Source: an uncultured virus (IMG/VR IMGVR_UViG_3300040811_000464)
Lineage: Duplodnaviria; Heunggongvirae; Uroviricota; Caudoviricetes
Virus record (IMG/VR): IMGVR_UViG_3300040811_000464
Strand: one strand, 5' to 3'
DNA: 64,000 bases
Part shown: positions 56,612 through 64,000 of the stretch, one piece after another
Numbering within the stretch: position 1 is the stretch's first letter
Layout of the letters: each line of letters starts with the position of its first letter
Translations under genes and position numbers: made by a program
Notes under the pieces: generated by a model
What the model was told of the DNA's origin: nothing
Seen by the model: only the letters and a program-made list of their open reading frames with translations
Databases searched by the model: none

Positions 56612-57736
56612 ATGCAAAAGATTGAATTTACATCGAAAGAGCAGGTCATTTATTTTATGTTGACCGCTTCCATTAGTTTGTCTCACTATGATCACAAATT
56701 CATATCCAACATGCAATCATTGAGCCAAGATAAGAAACAGATTACGTCTGGTCAAGCAGAATTGTTTGATAAACTTTTGCACAAGTACAGAAAGCAATTT
56801 GCTACTAACGGATACACAGTCGAGGAGTTAGAATCATTACCATGGAAGTGTATAGTTGTAGAAAGTCTACCCAAGTATACTAATGCAAATGTTGACTGGG
56901 ACGATAGTGTAAATAAAATGACTATTAGAGTCCCATTCAAAAAAGATTTTATATCTGGCTTTAGAAAAGAAATGTCAACTTTTTTTCCTATTGACAATTA
57001 TGGTCCAATAGATAACTCTCAGCCTTGGGTATGGAATGCCGAACGCAAAAGATATGAAGCAGATCCAAGTACTTCATCTTTGAAATTGGCATACAATATC
57101 TTACCGCAGTATTTTACTACTGTTTATCATAATGAAATAAAAAATATTATTGAACAGTTAGAATCCAAAACTGTAAAATACAAAGACCCAACACTAGTCT
57201 TAGTTGATGGGCAATATACTGTTGTCAATTCTAATGCAATATTAGATGAGTTACTAGCCGATGTAACTTTAGATAACAGTGCAAAATGTTTATATCAAAT
57301 CTCACAATTTGGTATAAAAATAGACAAATCAATCATCAATGATGATCCTAAACTAGAGTTTGCCGCAAACTACATTACGGAAGTAGAAGTAGATGCAATA
57401 AACGATTGTTGTGAATGGCTTGTTGAACTTGGTGTAAATGATTTAGTATTGGGGAGAGGAACTCCTCAGTACAGATCACATGTATCGAAAACTGAGTCTC
57501 AGAGTATTGGAGTATTTAAAGAATGTAGAGAGGCTTTTGCTAATCATAATTTAAGAATACATAAGAGCGGAGATTTGTTTGATCTTCCTGAAGATGATCA
57601 CAACGAAACAACTGTAAAAGGTGTACCTGTCTTGGTGCAATTTAATTCAATTGTAGAACCAGAACAATGTCATGGAGATAATCGAAATGGCAAAATTATA
57701 ATTATAACAAACAGGAGACCTGTAACAATAAAATGA
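56612..57736 (+). CDS. Hypothetical protein
   Basis: 374-aa ORF starting 6 nt after a TATAAT. Confidence 0.7.
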   Translation: MQKIEFTSKEQVIYFMLTASISLSHYDHKFISNMQSLSQDKKQITSGQAELFDKLLHKYRKQFATNGYTVEELESLPWKCIVVESLPKYTNANVDWDDSVNKMTIRVPFKKDFISGFRKEMSTFFPIDNYGPIDNSQPWVWNAERKRYEADPSTSSLKLAYNILPQYFTTVYHNEIKNIIEQLESKTVKYKDPTLVLVDGQYTVVNSNAILDELLADVTLDNSAKCLYQISQFGIKIDKSIINDDPKLEFAANYITEVEVDAINDCCEWLVELGVNDLVLGRGTPQYRSHVSKTESQSIGVFKECREAFANHNLRIHKSGDLFDLPEDDHNETTVKGVPVLVQFNSIVEPEQCHGDNRNGKIIIITNRRPVTIK

Positions 57737-59325
57737 ATAATTTAGATAAAAACTTTCACATCAACTTTTCACCATTCTATGCAATAGTCGTAGTAATGAT
57801 GTTAATGTTTGTAGCAAATAAACTACAAGCACAAGAGATTGAAGAAATTGTAGTAGTAGGTGCAACTGTATATGAAACGGAATCGGATCCTTCGACTGAC
57901 GTTAACATATTAGAATCGATCATACCTGAAGCAACAACTGCTGGTGGATATGGTTCTTTTTTAGGTTACACTGAAAGAGGAACACAAACAATACACACAA
58001 CTATTTTTAGAAATGGTGTGCCAGCAAATGATGCCGGTAGTGGCTGGTATGACTTTGGGCATGACTTTTCTACTGGTAACGAGAATGTAAAAATAGTTAA
58101 CGGTCCAAATTCAGTACTATACGGTTCTGGTAGTTTAGGCGGTTCTATTTTTATCACTGATGATCTTAAAGATGGATCTATTATTCGATATGGTAGCAAT
58201 ACATTTGTAAGTCATACAGGTAGTGGGTTTAACCTAAGTTACTTTGATGCAAAAAATGATAGTGTTAGAACAGACAACGATGAAAAGGATAGTTATAACA
58301 ATTTGACAGTCAAAGGACAACAAGAATTTGGAGACTGGAAAGTAAATCTATCTGGCACATCATATGAATATGATTATGACAATTGTTATACTGCAAGTTT
58401 CTCACAGTCAAACGACTGTGTACAATCAGGAGATAAAGGTTCCTTATCAATAAGGAACGATAACTACACGTTTGGTTACTCATTTAATAATGCTAACTAC
58501 AAAACAGAAAGTGTAGAAACATATAAGAGTGATGCAGAAAGGTTTTATGCAGACACTAGACATACATACGGGGACAATATTTATGGTGCAACCGTTGAAT
58601 ATGAAAAGTATGAAAACACATCACAAAACAATGTCTCTGTTTATACAATACTGAATAACTTTGATCCTATTAACATAGGACTTCGTTTAAGTGAAGATGC
58701 ATTTGTCTATCGTCTTGGACATCAGGCAGATAATTGGTTCACAAGTTTCGGTACATCATATCGTAATCCAACTCTCTATGAACTGAATGGTGATGCTTGG
58801 ACTTTACCTAATAAAGATTTAGACCCTGAAGAAGCAACAGGTTTTGAAGTTGGTTATAAAAACATAACTTTCTTTAAATACAAATTTACAGAAGGTATCA
58901 ATTACAGTTTTGCAGACTCACAGTTTGTTAACACTGGATCATATGACACTGAAGGTGTTAGATACATAAACAGTTTTGTTGTTGAAAAACTTAACACTAC
59001 AATGATAGGTGTCGAGTTAGGTTATACTAATAGTGATCAACCTCGTATTCCTGAGTACAAAGCAATCATATCATCTACAACTTATTTAGGTGATTATGAT
59101 ATTTCATTCAGATACACTGGATTGTTTAACAGAGAGCCTGGTCCATATGACGGCACAGAAATACTAGATGATGTAAGTTCATTTGACTACAAAATTGAAA
59201 AAGCATTCCCTAACTACTTGCTATCTTTTACTGTAAGAGATATACTAGATGATGAATTTGAAATGGTACCTAACTATCGATCAGGTGGATTAGAGTATTT
59301 CTTAACACTACAATATAGGCTTTAA
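57733..59325 (+). CDS. TonB-dependent outer-membrane receptor (BtuB-like)
   Basis: Signal peptide; TonB-box-like EEIVVVG; plug RG...NGVP.ND...GPNSVLYGSGSLGG; SYRNPTLYEL; L.PE; C-terminal strand YFLTLQYRL. Confidence 0.85.
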   Translation: MNNLDKNFHINFSPFYAIVVVMMLMFVANKLQAQEIEEIVVVGATVYETESDPSTDVNILESIIPEATTAGGYGSFLGYTERGTQTIHTTIFRNGVPANDAGSGWYDFGHDFSTGNENVKIVNGPNSVLYGSGSLGGSIFITDDLKDGSIIRYGSNTFVSHTGSGFNLSYFDAKNDSVRTDNDEKDSYNNLTVKGQQEFGDWKVNLSGTSYEYDYDNCYTASFSQSNDCVQSGDKGSLSIRNDNYTFGYSFNNANYKTESVETYKSDAERFYADTRHTYGDNIYGATVEYEKYENTSQNNVSVYTILNNFDPINIGLRLSEDAFVYRLGHQADNWFTSFGTSYRNPTLYELNGDAWTLPNKDLDPEEATGFEVGYKNITFFKYKFTEGINYSFADSQFVNTGSYDTEGVRYINSFVVEKLNTTMIGVELGYTNSDQPRIPEYKAIISSTTYLGDYDISFRYTGLFNREPGPYDGTEILDDVSSFDYKIEKAFPNYLLSFTVRDILDDEFEMVPNYRSGGLEYFLTLQYRL

Positions 59326-59328
59326 TCG

Positions 59329-60789
59329 ATGCCGGGAATCGCAACACTACAAATTAAAGATGAAGTCAATCTAAAGATTGCTGGACTTGAATTAGATGCT
59401 CGTAGGGCACTAATGCAAAAGTTTGAGTTTGAGGTTCCAGGCGCACGATATATGCCCAGTGTTAAGTTGGGGAGGTGGAACGGCAAGGTTAGTTATTGTA
59501 GCCTTGCTGGTTCTACTTACATTAATCTGTTGGAAGAAATCATTCCGATATTAGAAGAACTAAACTATTCAATTGAATTGGAAGACATGCGTGAATATCA
59601 AACGCAATTTCAATTTGAAGAAGTTCAGAAAGATTCATTTAAAGACGTACTGTGGCCTAAAGGACATGTCTGTGAGGGGCAACCAATTGAACTAAGAGAC
59701 TATCAAGTTCAAGTTGTTAATGAGTTCTTAAAGAATCCTCAATCGATACAAGAAGTGGCTACAGGGGCAGGAAAGACTATTATGACTGCGGCACTAAGTA
59801 AGAGTGTAGAATCATATGGTCGAAGTATTGTGATTGTGCCTAATAAAAGTTTAGTATCACAAACTGAAGAAGATTATATCAACATGGGATTAGATGTTGG
59901 TGTATACTTTGGTGATCGTAAAGAATATTTTAAACAACATACTATTTGTACTTGGCAGTCTTTAAACATCTTACTAAAGAATACTAAAAGAGGAGATGTA
60001 GATTGTACTATAGGAGAGTTCATCGAAGGTGTTGTATGTGTCATTGTCGATGAAGTACACATGGCAAAAGCAGATGCATTGAAGCAACTGTTGACAGGTG
60101 TAATGGCACACGTCCCTATTAGATGGGGACTAACAGGTACTGTTCCAAAAGCAAAGTATGAATCAATTGCTTTGCAAGTAAGTTTGGGACCTGTAATTAA
60201 CAAACTATCTGCAAAAGAATTGCAAGATAAAGGAGTACTTGCTGAGTGTCACGTAAACATTGTTCAGTTACAAGATGAACAAGAGTTTAGTAATTACCAA
60301 AGTGAACTAAAGCATTTGCTCAATGATGAAAAACGATTAGACAAGATTGCTAGTCTGATTGATACAATAAAATTATCAGGTAATACTCTGATTCTAGTTG
60401 ATCGTATCAATGCAGGACATGCACTTGTAGAACGTTTAGACGATGCAGTATTTGTATCAGGAGGAATGAAAGTTGTTGACCGCAAAGAAGAATATGATGA
60501 CGTTGCCACTAGTAATAATAAAATTATTGTTGCTACTTACGGTGTGGCTTCTACTGGTATCAATATTCCTAGGATTTTTAATCTTGTACTACTTGAGCCA
60601 GGTAAGTCTTTTGTTCGTGTCATACAGTCAATCGGCCGTGGCATTCGTAAAGCAGAAGACAAAGACTTTGTTCAAATTTGGGACATAACAAGTTCTTGTC
60701 GTTTCGCAAAAAGACACTTAACTCAACGTAAGGCTTTTTATAGAGAAGCAAACTATCCGTTTGTTGTAGAGAAGTTGCAATATAAATGA
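59329..60789 (+). CDS. uvsW: SF2 DNA helicase UvsW
   Basis: ATGAGKT, DEVH, GLTGT and QSIGRGIR motifs. Confidence 0.9.
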   Translation: MPGIATLQIKDEVNLKIAGLELDARRALMQKFEFEVPGARYMPSVKLGRWNGKVSYCSLAGSTYINLLEEIIPILEELNYSIELEDMREYQTQFQFEEVQKDSFKDVLWPKGHVCEGQPIELRDYQVQVVNEFLKNPQSIQEVATGAGKTIMTAALSKSVESYGRSIVIVPNKSLVSQTEEDYINMGLDVGVYFGDRKEYFKQHTICTWQSLNILLKNTKRGDVDCTIGEFIEGVVCVIVDEVHMAKADALKQLLTGVMAHVPIRWGLTGTVPKAKYESIALQVSLGPVINKLSAKELQDKGVLAECHVNIVQLQDEQEFSNYQSELKHLLNDEKRLDKIASLIDTIKLSGNTLILVDRINAGHALVERLDDAVFVSGGMKVVDRKEEYDDVATSNNKIIVATYGVASTGINIPRIFNLVLLEPGKSFVRVIQSIGRGIRKAEDKDFVQIWDITSSCRFAKRHLTQRKAFYREANYPFVVEKLQYK

Positions 60790-60803
60790 TTTTACCTTTT
60801 AAC

Positions 60804-60832
60804 TTGAAATTCTACAAAGGAGTAGATATAAT
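60804..60832 (+). promoter_or_regulatory. Sigma70-type promoter
   Basis: TTGAAA-N17-TATAAT; spacer contains CAAAGG; ATG 6 nt downstream. Confidence 0.6.
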
Positions 60833-60838
60833 ATCAAA

Positions 60839-61339
60839 ATGAGAATACTAACACTAGAAGACCAATACTATAATTTAGAAACGTTACCAGAAGAAATCGA
60901 TGACCTTCGATTTGCAATTTTAGATAATTCTAATCCTACATTTGTAGATTACTATTATATTCCACTTATCTTTTTAGAGTCGTTTAATGCTCCGGCAGTT
61001 GTATTGCAAGTTGGTGACAAACAAATTAAGATGCCAGTTGATTGGCAAGTATTGATCGGTGATGAAGAAGGCGGAGATTTAGAAACACTTCCTCTCTCAT
61101 CTTTGAATGACAGAGGCTTTTCAGTGTTTTCATTTAATCCGTTATCGTCATTCTCTCCGGGCTTTCTTCCAATAGAGATCGTAGACATCTATTCAGATGT
61201 AACATGGTATGCACCTAGACTGCGTAATGGTCAGTTTTTATGTGTGCCTTTAGACGACGGTCCAAAGCCAAGATGTATCTACTTTGTCAAAGAGATTAGT
61301 AGAAATTGTGAAGTTGTAGATTATGCTCAAGTCTTTTGA
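60839..61339 (+). CDS. Hypothetical protein
   Basis: 166-aa ORF in the replication cluster. Confidence 0.7.
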   Translation: MRILTLEDQYYNLETLPEEIDDLRFAILDNSNPTFVDYYYIPLIFLESFNAPAVVLQVGDKQIKMPVDWQVLIGDEEGGDLETLPLSSLNDRGFSVFSFNPLSSFSPGFLPIEIVDIYSDVTWYAPRLRNGQFLCVPLDDGPKPRCIYFVKEISRNCEVVDYAQVF

Positions 61340-61478
61340 TCATTGGAAGAACGTCTGTAAACTACATTGGAAAGAAATAGTTACACTGTCTATTGCATTG
61401 CATTGGATAGTTGATTTGTTTATTATAGCACCCTTATCGATGGCAATAGGGTGGTTTGCAAGAGGTTATTTTGGCTAG
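61323..61478 (+). CDS. Small membrane protein, 51 aa, not in the ORF track
   Basis: MLKSFDHWK...IVTLSIALHWIVDLFIIAPLSMAIGWF; fills the intergenic gap. Confidence 0.55.
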   Translation: MLKSFDHWKNVCKLHWKEIVTLSIALHWIVDLFIIAPLSMAIGWFARGYFG

Positions 61479-62058
61479 AGCAAAAACACCAACAGATGAA
61501 AAGTTTGAAAAACAAGACTTTAACTTGTTTGAAGCAATAGCGGCAATCGATAAAAAAGATTATGGTTACTATGACAGATTAACTGCTGAACAACAAAAGA
61601 AGTTTGTTCCATTTATGATGTTGCATTGGATAAGTGTAGTAAAAGGTAAACGTGAGTTATCACAATATTATTTGCAAAGTGTTGACTATCATGCCAACAC
61701 ACATTTGTTTAATGAAAACGTAATGCATCATCCTAAATTACAATGGTTGATGATGTGTGCGGCAAGCCCAGGTATAGGCAAACAGTATCATCAATGGATC
61801 CCTCACATCAAAGCAGGTGTGAGTAAGTTAAAAGAGACTGCAAAGCCTAAAGACATAAAAGATTATTATAAAAAGGTATATCCTAAACTAACAGCAGGAG
61901 ACTTGACTGAAATAGCAAATGCATTTTGTGTACAACATAAACGTAAAATGTATCTAGCAGAAAAGTTTCCTGAATTAAAATTCGATGAGGTAGAATTACT
62001 TAGTGAACTCGTTACAGATAATGAAATCGAAGAATACGAAAAAGAACTTGGCAACTAA
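61471..62058 (+). CDS. Clamp-loader small subunit (gp62-like), putative
   Basis: F.LF....AI..K...Y...K.F.PFM...W.S pattern; TTG at 61471 after GAGG. Confidence 0.55.
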   Translation: MARAKTPTDEKFEKQDFNLFEAIAAIDKKDYGYYDRLTAEQQKKFVPFMMLHWISVVKGKRELSQYYLQSVDYHANTHLFNENVMHHPKLQWLMMCAASPGIGKQYHQWIPHIKAGVSKLKETAKPKDIKDYYKKVYPKLTAGDLTEIANAFCVQHKRKMYLAEKFPELKFDEVELLSELVTDNEIEEYEKELGN

Positions 62059-62728
62059 TTTTGGTTGCGACTTTTGCGGAAGAAGTTTCGCAAAAGAGAG
62101 TACTATTGATAAACATATTTGCGAACAGAAACGCAGATACGGAGATAGAAACCTTAAAGGTAATCGTATTGGTTTTACTGCATGGTTAAACTTCTATGCA
62201 CAAAACACTTCTAGTAAAAAACAAAAGACTTATATAGACTTTACTAAAAGTTCTTATTACTTAGCCTTTGTTAAGTTCGGTCATTACTGTGTCAACACAA
62301 GATGTATCAATGTCAATCGTTATGCTGATTGGTTACTTAAAAATCAAATTAGAATTGATAGTTGGACTAGTGATAAAAATTACACTAAGTTTATTATTGA
62401 ATATCTTAGACAAGAAAATGCATTAGATGCAATAGGTCGTAGCATAGAAACATTAATTGAAATTTGTAAGGATGACAAGATAGAAAATAAAGATGCATTT
62501 AGATATGGTGCACCAAATAGAATTTGTTATGAAGTAACAACAGGAAGAATATCTCCTTGGAGTCTATATCACAGTGAATCTGGATTAGAGTTTTTAGGTA
62601 AATTAGATGATATACAACAAAAGATGGTATTAGAATATATTGATCCTGAAAAATGGGCGATCAAATTTAAACGCAATGAAGAAGAAGTTACAGAAGTAAA
62701 ACAATTATTGAGAGAAGCGGGATATTGA
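62048..62728 (+). CDS. Zinc-finger protein
   Basis: F.CDFC.R.F......KHIC near the N-terminus; TTG at 62048 preferred as start. Confidence 0.6.
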   Translation: MATNFGCDFCGRSFAKESTIDKHICEQKRRYGDRNLKGNRIGFTAWLNFYAQNTSSKKQKTYIDFTKSSYYLAFVKFGHYCVNTRCINVNRYADWLLKNQIRIDSWTSDKNYTKFIIEYLRQENALDAIGRSIETLIEICKDDKIENKDAFRYGAPNRICYEVTTGRISPWSLYHSESGLEFLGKLDDIQQKMVLEYIDPEKWAIKFKRNEEEVTEVKQLLREAGY

Positions 62729-63117
62729 ATACAGTAGAAGTACATTTACAATTTTATGAACTAGATGGTCGATGGAAAGGATCTGACATATTTAAGTGGA
62801 GTTGTGTTACTAAAACTCCTCCCAAGTATGAACGTTTTCATCCTACACCTCTAGCACATTCTGATTTGTCTACTATCATAAATTTTAACAAAGTAAGAGA
62901 CTGGTGCTGGGATACGTGGGGACCTAGTTGTGATTTGAAAGATTACGACAGAGTGCATGAACTATCAAACTACATGAGCCTAGCACAATACAACGACAGT
63001 ACATACGACACACTAAACGAACATTGGTGTTGGTCTAACGAAGAAGTTCATAAACAACGTAGAATATATCTAGCAGGCGATGAAGAACGTGTGTGGCTAG
63101 AAACGAGGTGGCAATGA
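62725..63117 (+). CDS. Hypothetical protein
   Basis: WCWDTWGPS motif; TTGA overlap. Confidence 0.6.
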   Translation: MNTVEVHLQFYELDGRWKGSDIFKWSCVTKTPPKYERFHPTPLAHSDLSTIINFNKVRDWCWDTWGPSCDLKDYDRVHELSNYMSLAQYNDSTYDTLNEHWCWSNEEVHKQRRIYLAGDEERVWLETRWQ

Positions 63118-63920
63118 GTCAGTGGCACGGTGGAAAAGGATCCGCACCTAGAAAGGGAGAAAATCAAAAAGCCTATGCCGCTAACTATGATCGTATCTTC
63201 GGTAAAAAAGATATCATTAATAATCAATTATCACATGAAGGCAAGGGGTTTGATATCATTAATGATATCGTCTCAGACGACCTTATTGAACGTATAAACA
63301 ACAGAAAAGATGAACTCTACCCTGTCAGAGCATCCACACATAAAAAGCAATATGCAGAAGCAGAGGCATGTAATAAACTATTTGGTATTGCTGTATGGTG
63401 GAGTCAACTCACAGATGATTGGGAAGAAGTACAAGAGATACATGAACTCATCTATCCTGAAATCAAAAAGCATTTAACTGATGCAACATTTTATGCAAGT
63501 GATATCGTAACAATCAATGGTCCAAGCAGATGGGTAGGACCTCATATTGATACACCGCACAGATTTAAAAAATATAATAAAAGGGAAAACAATGATGTCT
63601 GTGGTATACAGGTTATTATTCCACTTGATGACTTAGACAAAGACACAGGAGCAACTGGACTTATCCCTTATAGTCATCAACAAGATTGGGATATACAAGA
63701 TTGCTATGAAGGCGTGCATGATGAATACTTTTTAGAGAATGCAGAACAATATGATATGCCAAAAGGTAGTATCTTGTTTTACAATACTCGTTTAATGCAT
63801 TCTACTATGCCACTACATTTACCCAAAAAACGTTCCATTTTGTTGATTAATTACCTCAGAAATGATATAATAAAAGAAATAAAAGACGAAGATAACGTAT
63901 GGAGTTCTAATGGCAAATGA
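63114..63920 (+). CDS. Phytanoyl-CoA dioxygenase (PhyH)-family 2OG-Fe(II) oxygenase
   Basis: PHID, GAT..IP.SH and GS.LFY..RLMH motifs. Confidence 0.8.
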   Translation: MSQWHGGKGSAPRKGENQKAYAANYDRIFGKKDIINNQLSHEGKGFDIINDIVSDDLIERINNRKDELYPVRASTHKKQYAEAEACNKLFGIAVWWSQLTDDWEEVQEIHELIYPEIKKHLTDATFYASDIVTINGPSRWVGPHIDTPHRFKKYNKRENNDVCGIQVIIPLDDLDKDTGATGLIPYSHQQDWDIQDCYEGVHDEYFLENAEQYDMPKGSILFYNTRLMHSTMPLHLPKKRSILLINYLRNDIIKEIKDEDNVWSSNGK

Positions 63921-64000
63921 CGTAATGATAGATATGGAAACTCTAAGTACAGATCCTGATTGTGTTATTTTAACGATCGGTGCTGTTCGTTTTGATCCTA
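63910..64000 (+). CDS. DEDD 3'-5' exonuclease (DexA-like), 3'-truncated
   Basis: MANDVMIDMETLST.PD.VILTIGAVRFDP. Confidence 0.75.
   Translation, partial: MANDVMIDMETLSTDPDCVILTIGAVRFDP

Noticed and set aside
57600..57733. Cobalamin riboswitch upstream of the TBDR
   Set aside because: There is no intergenic space; the gene overlaps the upstream CDS.
45796..59325. Bacterial chromosome origin suggested by rpmG, ssrA and the TBDR
   Set aside because: These genes are embedded among terminase, gp32 and uvsX/Y/W with phage-type promoters, and no bacterial operon context is present.
41437..60789. Inteins or introns in terminase, UvsX or UvsW
   Set aside because: Protein lengths are normal and motifs are contiguous.
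1..64000. Stop-codon reassignment
   Set aside because: Core genes are full length in code 11, and TAA, TGA and TAG all end genes.

Overview
This AT-rich, gene-dense window comes from a large T4-like (jumbo-type) dsDNA phage, probably aquatic and infecting a Gram-negative host. It reads cleanly in the standard code. Core genes are the terminase large subunit, gp32 SSB, UvsX, UvsY, UvsW, a gp62-like clamp-loader subunit, ThyX, a DexA-like exonuclease, a holin and baseplate/tail-like proteins. Bases ~1-21,100 and ~30,600-35,400 form a large sugar/small-molecule modification island. It holds two cobalamin-dependent radical SAM enzymes, an amidinotransferase, two DegT aminotransferases, a carbamoyltransferase, an epimerase, SGNH proteins, glycosyltransferase-like paralogs and a 1855-aa repeat protein. 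The most notable items are: (i) a circularly permuted, two-piece tmRNA gene (tag GNDYTMEDYALAA) next to a nucleotidyltransferase; (ii) a phage ribosomal protein bL33; (iii) a BtuB-like TonB-dependent receptor coupled to uvsW, in a genome that has B12-dependent enzymes; (iv) late promoters with an exact TAAATA-N5-ATG spacing, suggesting leaderless mRNAs; (v) sigma70 promoters sharing a conserved spacer motif; (vi) T4 capsid-targeting-like N-termini; (vii) a four-gene secreted/membrane module; and (viii) an uncalled Bfd-like mini-ferredoxin. All family calls come from motif recognition by eye, with no database searches.
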